DNA from: Candidatus Eiseniibacteriota bacterium
GTDB taxonomy: Bacteria; Eisenbacteria; RBG-16-71-46
Assembly: GCA_044223005.1 (NCBI GenBank)
Contig: JBGAML010000005.1
Location: forward strand, 160,001-224,000
Direction of reading: 5' to 3'
DNA: 64,000 nucleotides
Of this stretch, positions 48,248-58,466 are shown piece by piece; the stretch's first letter is position 1, and every line of letters starts with the position of its first letter. The notes below the pieces were generated by a model. The model worked only from the letters and a program-made list of their open reading frames with translations, made no database searches and was not told the DNA's origin. Made by a program: the position numbers and the translations under genes.

Positions 48248-49942
48248 ATGACCAACGTCCTCTTCGTCGCCGACGTCGTCGGCTCGCCCGGTCGCGAAGC
48301 GCTGAAGCACGTGCTGCCCGAGCTGCGCCGGCGGCACGACGTGCACCTCGTCATCTGCAACTGCGAGAACTCCGCCGCGGGCATGGGCGTGACGCGCGAC
48401 GTGGCGCGCGACCTGTTCGCCGCCGGGTGCGACGTGCTCACGGGTGGCAACCACCTCTGGGACAAGAAGGAAGGCCACGAGTACATCGCCGAGGAGCCGC
48501 GGCTCGTGCGCCCGGCCAACCTGCCTCCGGGCACGCCGGGTGAGGGCTGGCGCGTGTTCCGCGCGACCAACGGCGTCACGGTCGGCGTCGTGGACCTGCT
48601 CGGGCGCGTGTTCATGCGCGAGGCCGACTGCCCGTTCCGCACCGCCGACGCGGCGCTCGCGGCGCTGAAGGACAAGGCGCAGGTCGTGTTCGTCGAGATC
48701 CACGCCGAGGCGACGGCCGAGAAGGTGGCGCTGGGCTGGCACCTCGACGGCCGCGCGAGCGCGGTGGTGGGCACGCACACGCACGTGCAGACGGCCGACG
48801 AGCGCGTGCTGCCCAAGGGCACGGCGTTCCTCTGCGACGCGGGGATGACCGGCGGCTTCGACTCGGTGATCGGCATGGATCGCGGCGCGGCGCTGCGGCG
48901 CTTCCTCACGTCGATGCCCGAACGGCTGGTGCCGGCGGACGGCGACCTGCGGGTCAACGCGGTGCTGCTCACGTTCGACGAATCGACGGGCCGCGCGACG
49001 GCGATCCGCCGGCTGCAGGTGCCGTACACCCGCGAGGGCGGTGCCGCCGAGGGCGCGCGCCTGCTGACGGGCGCGGAGCCGGCGGAGTCGGTGCACGTCG
49101 AGGCCAAGCTGCGCGCGCACGCGCTGCTCACGAGCGGCGTGACGCCGCGCCTCGCGCTGGTGTCGGTGGGTGACGACCCGGCGTCGCAGGTCTACCTCAA
49201 GAAGAAGTTCGAAGCGTGCGCGGCCGCGGGCATCACGGTCGATCGCGTGACGTTTCCCGCGGGCAGCACGACGGAGCAGGTGATCGCGAAGGTGCGCGCG
49301 CTGGGAGCCGACCCGGCGACGCACGGCATCCTGGTGCAGTTGCCGCTCGCGCCGCCGGCCGACGGCCAGGCCGCGCTCGAGGCGATCCCGCCGTTCAAGG
49401 ACGTCGACGGCTTCCATCCCGAGAACGCGGGCCGGCTCGCGCTCGGGCTCCCGGGCTTCCTGCCCGCGACGCCGTACGGCGTGCTGCGGCTGCTGCAGTA
49501 CTACGAGATCCCGCTGCGCGGGAAGCACGCCGTGGTGCTCGGGCGCAGCCACATCGTCGGCCGCCCGATGGCCACGATGCTGTCCAACAAGGGCAGCGAC
49601 ATGACCGTGACGATCGGCCACAGCGCCAGCGGCCCGCGCCTGCGCGAGCTCGCGCGCGAAGCCGACCTGATCGTCGCCGGCGTGGGGAAGAAGCACATGG
49701 TGACCGCCGACTGGGTGAAGCCGGGCGCGGTCGTCGTCGACGTGGGCATCCATCGCGTGCCCGCGCCGGACGGCAAGGGCAAGAGCCGCATCACCGGCGA
49801 CGTCGACTTCGACGCCGTGCGCCCGATCGCGGGTGCGATCACGCCGGTGCCGGGAGGCGTGGGCCCGATGACCGTGGCGATGGTCGTACTCAACACCGTG
49901 ATCGCGGCCGAGCGCCAGAGCGGCGCGGGCCTGCCCGCCTGA
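48248..49942 (+). CDS. folD: Fusion of a YmdB-family metallophosphoesterase and FolD (methylene-THF dehydrogenase/cyclohydrolase)
   Basis: N-half: DVVG, NCENSAAG, GGNH, HAEATAEK, GTHTHVQT. C-half: GDDPASQVY, GILVQLPL, KDVDGFH, GRSHIVGRP, TPVPGGVGPMT. Confidence 0.92.
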   Translation: MTNVLFVADVVGSPGREALKHVLPELRRRHDVHLVICNCENSAAGMGVTRDVARDLFAAGCDVLTGGNHLWDKKEGHEYIAEEPRLVRPANLPPGTPGEGWRVFRATNGVTVGVVDLLGRVFMREADCPFRTADAALAALKDKAQVVFVEIHAEATAEKVALGWHLDGRASAVVGTHTHVQTADERVLPKGTAFLCDAGMTGGFDSVIGMDRGAALRRFLTSMPERLVPADGDLRVNAVLLTFDESTGRATAIRRLQVPYTREGGAAEGARLLTGAEPAESVHVEAKLRAHALLTSGVTPRLALVSVGDDPASQVYLKKKFEACAAAGITVDRVTFPAGSTTEQVIAKVRALGADPATHGILVQLPLAPPADGQAALEAIPPFKDVDGFHPENAGRLALGLPGFLPATPYGVLRLLQYYEIPLRGKHAVVLGRSHIVGRPMATMLSNKGSDMTVTIGHSASGPRLRELAREADLIVAGVGKKHMVTADWVKPGAVVVDVGIHRVPAPDGKGKSRITGDVDFDAVRPIAGAITPVPGGVGPMTVAMVVLNTVIAAERQSGAGLPA

Positions 49943-49962
49943 GCCCGGGAGAGCTTGCCCCC

Positions 49963-51348
49963 ATGGCGCTGAGCCCACAGACCGACGAACGGATCCTGAC
50001 CGTCGGCGAGCTCACGCGCTCCATCAAGGAGACGCTCAACGAGGCGTACCCGGCGATCTGGGTGAAGGGCGAGCTGTCGGGCATGAAGCGGCCCGACAGC
50101 GGCCACCTCTACTTCAACCTGAAGGAAGGCACCGCCGCGGTGATCGCCTGCGCCATGTGGCGCGGCAGCGCGACGCGGCTCACCTTCGATCCGCGCGACG
50201 GCAACGAGGTCGAGGCGTTCGGCGAGATCGACGTCTATCCGCCGCGCGGAAACTACCAGTTCATCGTCAAGCAGATGCGCCCCGCCGGACTGGGCGCGCT
50301 GCTGCTGCAGCTCGAGGAACTCAAGCGCCGGCTCGCCGCCGAAGGCCTGTTCGAACCGGCGCGCAAGCGCCCGCTGCCGCGCTACCCCGCGCGCATCGGC
50401 GTCGTGACGTCGCCGGTCGGCGCCGCGGTGCGCGACGTGATCAAGGTGCTGCGCGGCCGGTGGCCCGGCATCGGCATCGTGCTCGCGCCGGTCAAGGTGC
50501 AGGGCATGGGCGCCGCGGCGGAGATCGCCGCGGCGATCGAGCGCTTCAACCGCTGGGGCGGCGTGGATGTACTCATCGTCGGGCGCGGCGGTGGTTCACT
50601 CGAAGACCTCTGGGCGTTCAACGAGGAGCCGGTCGTGCGCGCGATCGCCGGCTCGCGGATCCCGGTCATCTCCGCGGTGGGGCACGAGGTCGACACGACC
50701 CTCGCCGATCTCGCCGCCGACGTGCGCGCGGCGACGCCGAGCAACGCGGCCGAACTCGCCGTGCGCGACGCGTCGGAGATCCGCCACCGCGCCGACGCAC
50801 TCGCCGAGCGGCTGCGCCGCGCCGTGGACGACGCCGTCGCCGAACGCCGCCGGGCGCTCGCCGAACTGCAGGGCAAGTACGGCTTCCGCCGCGTGCGCGA
50901 CGTGTTCGCGACGTTCCAGCAGCGCGTGGACGAGGCGCGCATGCGCATCGACGCGCGCGTGCGCGACCGCGTCCGTTCGCTGCGCGAGCGGCTCGACGCG
51001 CTGGCTCGCGCCTACGGCCTGCGCGAGTTCCCGCGGCTGCCCGCGCGCAAGCGCGAGGAGCTGCAGTCGCTTTCGCGCCGGCTCACGCCCGCCGCCGTGG
51101 CGGCCGCGCTCGCCGAGCGCCGGCGCCTCGCGGCGCTGGACGACCGCCTGCGCGCGCTCTCGCCCCGGGCCGTCCTCGAGCGCGGATTCGCGCTCGTGCG
51201 GACACCCGACGGCGCGCTCGTCCGGGGCGCCGCCGCGCTCGCCACCGGAGACCGCCTGACCATCGAATTCGCCCGCGGCGAAGCCGACGCCGTGGTGCAA
51301 GATGTCCGCAAGGGAGGACGCCATGCCCGCGAAGAAGACGCCCGCTGA
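49963..51348 (+). CDS. xseA: Exodeoxyribonuclease VII large subunit
   Basis: WVKGELS, SGHLYF, GRGGGSLEDLWAFNEE, SAVGHEVD, AATPSNAAE. Confidence 0.96.
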   Translation: MALSPQTDERILTVGELTRSIKETLNEAYPAIWVKGELSGMKRPDSGHLYFNLKEGTAAVIACAMWRGSATRLTFDPRDGNEVEAFGEIDVYPPRGNYQFIVKQMRPAGLGALLLQLEELKRRLAAEGLFEPARKRPLPRYPARIGVVTSPVGAAVRDVIKVLRGRWPGIGIVLAPVKVQGMGAAAEIAAAIERFNRWGGVDVLIVGRGGGSLEDLWAFNEEPVVRAIAGSRIPVISAVGHEVDTTLADLAADVRAATPSNAAELAVRDASEIRHRADALAERLRRAVDDAVAERRRALAELQGKYGFRRVRDVFATFQQRVDEARMRIDARVRDRVRSLRERLDALARAYGLREFPRLPARKREELQSLSRRLTPAAVAAALAERRRLAALDDRLRALSPRAVLERGFALVRTPDGALVRGAAALATGDRLTIEFARGEADAVVQDVRKGGRHAREEDAR

Positions 51349-51613
51349 CGCCGCACCGATCGACTTCGAGGCCTCGATGAAGCGCCTCGAGGCCATCGTC
51401 GACGAACTCGAGAGCGGCGAGCTCTCGCTCGAGGACTCGATCGCCCGCTACGAAGAGGGCGTCAAGCTCTCGCGCGGCCTGACGGCCAAGCTCGACGAGG
51501 CCGAGAAGCGCATCGAGCGCCTGGTCGAGTCCGACGACGACGCGACGCCGCGCACGCAGCCGATGGAACTCGAGCTCCGCCCCGAGGACGCCTCGGGCGA
51601 GCTGCCGTTCTGA
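51323..51613 (+). CDS. xseB: Exodeoxyribonuclease VII small subunit
   Basis: FEASMKRLEAIVDELESGELSLEDSIARYEEG. Confidence 0.95.
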   Translation: MPAKKTPADAAPIDFEASMKRLEAIVDELESGELSLEDSIARYEEGVKLSRGLTAKLDEAEKRIERLVESDDDATPRTQPMELELRPEDASGELPF

Positions 51614-51618
51614 TCGCC

Positions 51619-52536
51619 ATGCCCACTCGCTCTCCGCAGGCCGTCCTCGCCGCCGGCAGTCGCGAACTCTCCAGCCGGCTCGAGTCGTTCGAGCGTGCGC
51701 TCGCGCGCGCGCTGCGCCAGCGCGCCGGCGGGCCCGGCCGCCTCGGCCAGGCGCTGCGCTACGCGGCGCTCTCGCCCGGCAAGCGGCTGCGCCCGCTGCT
51801 CGTGCTGACGACCTGCGAGGGCGTGGGCGGCGATTGGCGCCGCGCGCTGCCCGCCGCGGTCGCGGTCGAGTGCGTGCACGCGTTCTCGCTCGTGCACGAC
51901 GACCTGCCGGCGATGGACGACGACGACTACCGTCGCGGCCGGCTCACGACGCACAAGAAGTTCGGCGAGGCCCTGGGCGTGCTGGCGGGCGACGCGCTGC
52001 TCGCGTTCGCGTTCGAGGAGCTGACTCGCCTCGCGGGCGAGGGCGTGCCCGACGGGCGCGTGGTCGAAGCCGTGCGCCGCCTGGCCCGTGCCGCGGGCGC
52101 GGAGCAATTGGTCGGTGGCCAGGCGCTCGACGTCGCCGCCGAGGGCCGCAAGCCGACGTCGGCGGGCGTGCGCAACATCCACGTCCGCAAGACGGGTGCG
52201 CTGATGGGCGCGTCGCTCGCGCTGGGCGCGCTGGCGGGCGACGCCGACACGCGCACGGCGGACCGGCTCGAGGAAGCGGGAGCGATGCTGGGCTTCGCGT
52301 TCCAGATCCACGACGACCTGCTCAACGCAGGCTCCTCGCTCAAGGCGCTCGGCAAGCGTGCCGGCACCGATGTCGCGCGCGGCAAGGCCACGTACCCGGC
52401 GGCGGTGGGCGAGAAGCGCGCTCGCGCCGAGGCCGCGCGGCTGATGCACGCCGTCGAGACCGCGATCGCGCGCTGCTGCGACCGGCCGCGCCTGCTGCTC
52501 CAGCTGATCGAAGCGACCGCGCGCCGCGAGCGCTGA
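51619..52536 (+). CDS. ispA: Polyprenyl (farnesyl/geranyl) diphosphate synthase
   Basis: GKRLRP, SLVHDDLPAMDDDDYRRG, KTGAL, FQIHDD, GKATYP. Confidence 0.93.
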   Translation: MPTRSPQAVLAAGSRELSSRLESFERALARALRQRAGGPGRLGQALRYAALSPGKRLRPLLVLTTCEGVGGDWRRALPAAVAVECVHAFSLVHDDLPAMDDDDYRRGRLTTHKKFGEALGVLAGDALLAFAFEELTRLAGEGVPDGRVVEAVRRLARAAGAEQLVGGQALDVAAEGRKPTSAGVRNIHVRKTGALMGASLALGALAGDADTRTADRLEEAGAMLGFAFQIHDDLLNAGSSLKALGKRAGTDVARGKATYPAAVGEKRARAEAARLMHAVETAIARCCDRPRLLLQLIEATARRER

Positions 52537-52781
52537 AGGCGCCGAGAGCGCGCTGCATCCTGCACGGCGCCGGGGCTTCCCGCGCGCCATGCTGCACGCC
52601 GCACGCCGGCGCGTGACCGCACGCCGACGGCCGCATCGCGTGGCGGGCCCTCGGCGCCTCGCGTGCAGGCGTCCCCGCGACGGGGTTTTGCGCCGGTGCG
52701 CCCCGCCCGTGACGCGGCCCCGCCCGAGCACGGCACGCCCCTTGATCCTGCCCGGTGTCCGCAAATCCGAGGGGGGATCCG

Positions 52782-54095
52782 ATGAGACGATGGTTCGCGC
52801 TGGGCGCGCTGCTGCTCGCCCTGCCGGCGGTGACGCACGCGCAGACGTTCGACGCGCGCCGCATGGGCATGGGCGGGGTCATCCTGGGCGGCCGCCAGGG
52901 CGGTGAGGGTGCGAACGTCGCCTACCGCGCGCTGCCGCGGCCCGCGTCGAGCCGGCACTCGCTGTCGCTGCCGATCGGCCTGGTGCCGCTGCTGCAGGAT
53001 CCGCCGTCGTTCGATCCCGACGACCCGGACTTCAACGCCTACCGGCTCGCGAACCTGGTCGAGAACCCGCCGTGGAACCTGCCGCTCGTCGAACCGGCGA
53101 CGCCATCGTGCGACGTCGCGCTGGACGTCTCGCGCAACGCGCTCTCGGTGGATCTCGGCGACCTCGGCCGCGTGTTCCCGGACGGCACCGTGCACGCGTT
53201 CGCGATCACGAACGGGCCGTCGCTCGGCTTCTCGGTGCGCCGCGCGTTCGTGGCGCTGGCGCCGCTCGTCGAGGTCGAGAACGAACTCGAGGTGAACGAA
53301 GCCCTGCGCGGCGTGCTGCGCGAGGGCGCCGCCCTGGGGCCGAACCAGCGTTACGCCGCGAACGACCGTGGCGTCGCGCAGGCGGCGGCCGCCCTGCACG
53401 TGGGCCTCGCGCTGCCGCTCGCGCGCACGGGCGATCCGGCGCGGCCGACGAGCGCGCTCTACGCGGGCGTGCGGGCCAAGATCCTGCGCGGGCTCGCATA
53501 CGGCCGCGCCGACGACGTCGCGGCCTACGAGACGGGCGACACGTTGTTCGGCTCGAGCGCGCTCGACCTGCGCTACGCCGGGCACCACTGGGTCGCGGGC
53601 CCCGACGGCGGTGGCATGGGCTTCGGCGCCGACGCGGGCGCGGTGTGGACCGTGGGCCGGCTCGAGGTGGGCGTGGGCGTCGACGACGTCGGCACGCGGC
53701 TCGCGTGGACCGTGAAGGAGACGCGCGCGCGCCGCGATTCCGTGACCGGCGACTTCGTCGACGAAACGGTCGCCGAGGACCTCTCCCTGACCAGCACCGT
53801 GCCGGTGACCGAGGTCGCCAACGTCGCGTACCACGGCTCGCGGTGGATGGTCGCGGCCGACGTGCGCCGCGGCCTCTACGCGACGACGGCGCACGCGGGC
53901 CTCGAGCGCTGGGTCGGGCCGTTCGCCCTGCGCGGCGGCGCGAGTCTCGACGCCAACCGGCGCACGCAGCTCTCGGGCGGCCTGGGCATCCGGCTCGGCC
54001 CGATCGGGATCGACACGGCTATCGCGACGCACAACCGCAACCTCGTGAACGAGCGGGCCGTCGAGCTCGGACTCGGGATCGGGCTCCTCCATTGA
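52782..54095 (+). CDS. Outer-membrane beta-barrel protein (FadL/PorV/TraF-like N-terminal plug)
   Basis: Signal peptide then DARRMGMGG; GFGADAGAVW, HAGLERW, ALRGG, LSGGLGIRLG strands. Confidence 0.65.
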   Translation: MRRWFALGALLLALPAVTHAQTFDARRMGMGGVILGGRQGGEGANVAYRALPRPASSRHSLSLPIGLVPLLQDPPSFDPDDPDFNAYRLANLVENPPWNLPLVEPATPSCDVALDVSRNALSVDLGDLGRVFPDGTVHAFAITNGPSLGFSVRRAFVALAPLVEVENELEVNEALRGVLREGAALGPNQRYAANDRGVAQAAAALHVGLALPLARTGDPARPTSALYAGVRAKILRGLAYGRADDVAAYETGDTLFGSSALDLRYAGHHWVAGPDGGGMGFGADAGAVWTVGRLEVGVGVDDVGTRLAWTVKETRARRDSVTGDFVDETVAEDLSLTSTVPVTEVANVAYHGSRWMVAADVRRGLYATTAHAGLERWVGPFALRGGASLDANRRTQLSGGLGIRLGPIGIDTAIATHNRNLVNERAVELGLGIGLLH

Positions 54096-54106
54096 AAGGG
54101 ATCGCC

Positions 54107-54676
54107 GTGCGCACCCGACCGTTCCTCGCCCTTGCCGCGCTCGCGGCCCTCGTCCTCGCCGGCTGCGGCGATCGCCGGCTGCTCGTCGGCGTCGACGCGC
54201 TGAGCTTCACCTCCGCCGAGCAGCGCGCGATCGCGTTCGGCCCCGTGCCCGCGCTCCCCGTGCCCGTGACGACGGGGGAGCTCTGCGTGCTCGACGACCT
54301 CGACGTCAGCCTCTTCGGCGGCGCGAGCGACGTGGTCGACGTGCAGGCGGTCACGATCGCGGTCTCGGCCGACGTCACCGATTCGACCGGCAGCGGGCTC
54401 GACACGCTGCGGCTCTACCTGTCCGACGCCCAGACGTCGCCGCAGTCGACGACGCCGGTGCTGGAGATCCCGGTCACGCTCACGCCGGGGGACACGATCC
54501 CGATCCGCGCGGTCGTGAACGGCGACGCGCGCGTCCAGTCGCTCTTCGCGCAGGACAAGATCCGGCTCTCGCTCACGACGGCCCTGCGCGGCCCGGCCAC
54601 CGGCCAGGCGCTCAACGGCCGGGTCGTGCTGACCCAGCTCCGGGCGGACGTGGTCGCCCGGCATCACACGCTGTAG
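54107..54676 (+). CDS. Hypothetical lipoprotein
   Basis: GTG start after AAAGGG; lipobox VLAGC. Confidence 0.7.
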   Translation: MRTRPFLALAALAALVLAGCGDRRLLVGVDALSFTSAEQRAIAFGPVPALPVPVTTGELCVLDDLDVSLFGGASDVVDVQAVTIAVSADVTDSTGSGLDTLRLYLSDAQTSPQSTTPVLEIPVTLTPGDTIPIRAVVNGDARVQSLFAQDKIRLSLTTALRGPATGQALNGRVVLTQLRADVVARHHTL

Positions 54677-54825
54677 GGCGCTCCGGCGCCCTCCCTGCGG
54701 CGAGTCCCCCCGCCGCGGGTTCCACGGCGGGCGGTCCTCCCCGGGCCGTCCGCCGGTCCGTTGACAAGCCGCGGACCTGCCGCCAACATCGCGCGGCTTC
54801 GCGTCGCAGGGCGTCCCCCCGGGAC

Positions 54826-55290
54826 GTGCTCGTCCGAAACGCGTGCAAGGAGGCGGCTACGTCCCCGTTCTGGATCGCGCTGTTCGTCGGGTTCATCGTG
54901 CAGGGCTACAAAGGGTTCACGGCGTTCGTCACGACCGGCCGCTGGAACCTGCGCCGCTTCGTCGAGACGGGCGGCATGCCGAGTTCGCACTCGGCCTCGG
55001 TCGCGGCGCTCAGCACCGCGGTCGGCCTGCAGGAGGGATTCAACTCCGCGCTCTTCGCCGTGACGCTCTACTTCAGCCTGATCGTCATGTACGATGCTGC
55101 CGGGTTGCGGCGGGCCGCGGGCCGCCAGGCCGCCGTGCTGAACCGGCTGATCGATCGGCATTTCCAGCATCCGGAGGGCGACACCCAGCGCCTGATGGAG
55201 CTGCTCGGTCACACCCCGCTCGAAGTGCTCGTGGGCGGGCTTCTCGGCGTCCTCAGCGCGCTGGCCTGGAACCGGATCCATCCTCTATGA
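54826..55290 (+). CDS. Divergent PAP2 family protein (DUF212)
   Basis: TGGMPSSHSA, VMYDAAGLRRAAGRQA, ELLGHTPLEV. Confidence 0.92.
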   Translation: MLVRNACKEAATSPFWIALFVGFIVQGYKGFTAFVTTGRWNLRRFVETGGMPSSHSASVAALSTAVGLQEGFNSALFAVTLYFSLIVMYDAAGLRRAAGRQAAVLNRLIDRHFQHPEGDTQRLMELLGHTPLEVLVGGLLGVLSALAWNRIHPL

Positions 55291-57179
55291 GCCTGCTCGA
55301 ACGCATCCATTCGCCCGCCGACCTGAAAGCCCTCTCGCGACCGGAGATCGACGCCCTCGCCGCCGAGATGCGGCACGTCATCGTCCAGACCGTCGCGCGC
55401 AACGCGGGCCACCTGGCGCCCAACCTCGGCGTCGTGGAGCTGACGCTGGCGCTCCACAAGGTGTTCGACTCGCCGGTCGACAAGATCATCTGGGACGTCG
55501 GCCACCAGTCGTATCCGCACAAGCTGCTCACGGGCCGCGTCGACCAGTTCCACACGCTTCGCCAGCTGCACGGCATCGCGGGCTACCCGCGCCGGTGCGA
55601 GAGCGAGCACGACATCTTCGGCACGAGCCACGGCAGCACGTCGATCTCGGCGGCGCTGGGCTTCGCCGCGGCGCGCGACCTGCGCGGCGAGAAGCACCAC
55701 GTGATCGCCGTGATCGGCGACGGTGCGCTCACGGGCGGCATGGCCTACGAGGGCCTCAACAACGCGGGCGAGCTCGGCAAGCCGTTCATCGTGATCCTCA
55801 ACGACAACGAGATGAGCATCTCGCCCAACATCGGCTCGATGCACCGCTACCTCACCAAGCTCACGACCAGCCGCATCTACCGCCGCTTCGAGCACGACGT
55901 GTGGGAGCTGCTCGGCAAGCTGCCCAAGGGCGTGAAGGCGCAGGAGGGGGCGAGCCGGCTGAAGGAAGGCCTGCAGAACCTGATCCTGCCGGGCATCTTG
56001 TTCGAGGAGCTGGGCCTGAAGTACTTCGGGCCGATCGACGGGCACGACTACGACGTGCTGGTCGAGACGCTGCAGGACCTCAAGCGTTTCGAGGAACCGG
56101 TGCTGCTGCACGTGGTGACGCGCAAGGGCAAGGGCTACCTGCCGGCCGAGGGCAACGCGACCGCGTTCCACGGAGTCGGCGTGTTCGATCCCGAGTCGGG
56201 CGTCGCGGGCAAGGGCGCGCGGAAGACCTACTCGCACGTGTTCGGCGAGACGGCCGTGCTGATCGGCGAGCGCCTGCCGCACGCCGTCGCGGTGACCGCG
56301 GCGATGACGGACAACACGGGCCTGACGGCGTTCGCGAAGCAGTTCCCCGAGCGCTTCTTCGACGTCGGCATGGCCGAGGAGCACGCGGTCACGTTCTCGG
56401 CCGGGCTCGCGGCCGAGGGCCTGCTGCCACTCACGGCGATCTACTCGACGTTCCTCCAGCGCGGCTTCGACCAGCTGATCCACGACGCGGCGCTGCAGGA
56501 CCTGCGCATGGTGCTCTGCCTCGATCGCGCGGGACTCGTGGGCGACGACGGCGCGCCGCAGCACGGCTGCTTCGACATCGGCTACCTGCGCATGATCCCG
56601 GGCGTGGTGGTGATGCAGCCGCGCAACGGCGCCGAGCTGCGCGACATGCTCTGGACGGCCGCGCACTGGAAGGGCACGCGCCCGATCGCGGTGCGCTACC
56701 CGCGTTCGGCCGTTCCGGACGAGGCATTGCCGACGGGAGAGCCGCGCCTGCTCGAGATCGGCGTGTCGGAGCAGCTGCGGGCCGGCGGCGACGTGGCGAT
56801 CTTCGCGCTCGGCACCATGGTGGACCCGGCGCTGGCGGCGGCCGAGATGCTCGCGGCCGATGGCTTCTCGGCGACCGTCGTCAACGCGCGCTTCGCCGCG
56901 CCAGTCGACGAGCGCGCGCTGGCGGGACTGGCGCGCAGCATCGGCCGCATCATCACGATCGAGGAGAACGTGCCCATGGGCGGCTTCGGCAGCGCGGTCA
57001 GCGAATCGCTCGACCGGCTGGGGCTCGGCCACGTGCCGGTGCACCGGATCGCCCTGCCGACGGAGTTCGTCGCGCACGGCAAGCGCGACGAGCTGCTCGC
57101 CGAGGTGGGGCTCGACGCCAAGGGCATCGCTGCGAACGCGCTCGCCTGGCTGCGCGAACACCAGCGGCAGTTCTCGTGA
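55287..57179 (+). CDS. dxs: 1-deoxy-D-xylulose-5-phosphate synthase
   Basis: GHLAPNLGVVELT, WDVGHQSYPHK, GDGALTGG..EGLNN, YSTFLQR, DRAG. Confidence 0.97.
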   Translation: MSLLERIHSPADLKALSRPEIDALAAEMRHVIVQTVARNAGHLAPNLGVVELTLALHKVFDSPVDKIIWDVGHQSYPHKLLTGRVDQFHTLRQLHGIAGYPRRCESEHDIFGTSHGSTSISAALGFAAARDLRGEKHHVIAVIGDGALTGGMAYEGLNNAGELGKPFIVILNDNEMSISPNIGSMHRYLTKLTTSRIYRRFEHDVWELLGKLPKGVKAQEGASRLKEGLQNLILPGILFEELGLKYFGPIDGHDYDVLVETLQDLKRFEEPVLLHVVTRKGKGYLPAEGNATAFHGVGVFDPESGVAGKGARKTYSHVFGETAVLIGERLPHAVAVTAAMTDNTGLTAFAKQFPERFFDVGMAEEHAVTFSAGLAAEGLLPLTAIYSTFLQRGFDQLIHDAALQDLRMVLCLDRAGLVGDDGAPQHGCFDIGYLRMIPGVVVMQPRNGAELRDMLWTAAHWKGTRPIAVRYPRSAVPDEALPTGEPRLLEIGVSEQLRAGGDVAIFALGTMVDPALAAAEMLAADGFSATVVNARFAAPVDERALAGLARSIGRIITIEENVPMGGFGSAVSESLDRLGLGHVPVHRIALPTEFVAHGKRDELLAEVGLDAKGIAANALAWLREHQRQFS

Positions 57180-58057
57180 GTCCGCGTCCGCGCCGCGTCG
57201 CGATCCTCGGCCACACGGGCCGCGAAGCCGTGCTGCGCACCGCGCGCCGGCTGCGCACTTCGCTCGCGAGGCGCGGCTGCGAGGTACGCGTCGAGCACGC
57301 GCTCGGGGACGCGATCCGCGTCGCCGGCGAACCGGCCGATGCGCTCGGACGCTGGTGCCAGTTGATGATCTCGCTGGGCGGCGACGGCACCGTGCTCACG
57401 GCGGGGCGCGCGCTCGCCGGGCACCGCGGCGTACTGCTACCGGTCAACCTCGGCGGCCTCGGCTTCCTCACGAGCGCCGAAGAGAGCGAGCTCGACCGCG
57501 CACTCGACGCCGTGTTCCACAATCGCTGGCCGATCGCGCGCCGCTTCGGCGTCGAGGCGCGCGTCGCGCACGGGCCCCGCGGCCGCCTGCGCGCCGCCGG
57601 GTTCGCGATGAACGACGCGGTGCTGCGCAGCGCGATCAGCTTCGGCGCGATCCACCTGCGCGTGACCGCGCTCGGCCACGACCTCGGCCACCTCGTCGCC
57701 GACGGCCTGATCACCGCGAGCGCCTCGGGCTCGACGGCGTACTCGCTCTCGGCCGGTGGTCCGCTGGTGGCGCCCGACGTGGAAGCACTGGTGGTCACGC
57801 CCGCCGCGCCGCACACGATCGGCAGCCGCTCGCTCGTGCTCTCGCCGGACGCGCGCGTGAAGGTGCAGGTGCTGGGCCCCGGCCCGGCGCTGCTGGTGAT
57901 GGACGGCCAGGCGCCGCTGCAACTCGAGCGCGGCGACGTGATCGAGTTGCGCCGCTCCGAGCGCGCCGTCAGGATCGCCGAGAATCCCGCCCGCCCGTTC
58001 CTGCGCGCGCTGCAGGCCAAGCTGGGCTGGCAGGGGAGCCGCAAGCGCAGCTTGTAG
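57176..58057 (+). CDS. nadK: NAD(+) kinase
   Basis: GGDGT, NLGGLGFL, MND, DGLITASASGSTAYSLSAGGP; GTGA overlap with dxs. Confidence 0.93.
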   Translation: MSPRPRRVAILGHTGREAVLRTARRLRTSLARRGCEVRVEHALGDAIRVAGEPADALGRWCQLMISLGGDGTVLTAGRALAGHRGVLLPVNLGGLGFLTSAEESELDRALDAVFHNRWPIARRFGVEARVAHGPRGRLRAAGFAMNDAVLRSAISFGAIHLRVTALGHDLGHLVADGLITASASGSTAYSLSAGGPLVAPDVEALVVTPAAPHTIGSRSLVLSPDARVKVQVLGPGPALLVMDGQAPLQLERGDVIELRRSERAVRIAENPARPFLRALQAKLGWQGSRKRSL

Positions 58058-58091
58058 AGGTCCCGAGTCCCCCGGGAAAGTGCAGGACGAG

Positions 58092-58466
58092 ATGTTCCGC
58101 GATTGGATCGTCGGATGTGGCGGGGATTCCCGCGGGTTCCGCGTCCTCTTCATCGCGTTCATGATCGGGACGATCTGGCTGCCTTACGTGCAGGCCGATC
58201 TCACGCGCGGCATGCTGATGGGACTCGCGCTCGCCATGGTCCTGCTCGCCTTCGTCATGCGGGCGCTGCTCATCGTGCTCGTCGGCGCCATGGAGATCGC
58301 CTACGCGTCGTGGCTGCACGACAGCGTTCACCCGTTCCCACTCGGGGTCGCGGGCGCGTGCTTCTTCTCGCTGGTCTGGATCGTCATGTACTTCTACTTC
58401 GATCCGGCCACCTGGAAATCGCTGCGCGAGCGGGTTGGTCTGGGCGGGGGTTTACATGTCCAGTGA
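58092..58466 (+). CDS. Small multi-TM hypothetical protein 1
   Basis: About four hydrophobic segments; overlaps the next gene. Confidence 0.6.
   Translation: MFRDWIVGCGGDSRGFRVLFIAFMIGTIWLPYVQADLTRGMLMGLALAMVLLAFVMRALLIVLVGAMEIAYASWLHDSVHPFPLGVAGACFFSLVWIVMYFYFDPATWKSLRERVGLGGGLHVQ

Noticed and set aside
52537..52781. GC-rich intergenic region as a possible ncRNA
   Set aside because: No recognisable motif or convincing long stem beyond what the GC content predicts.
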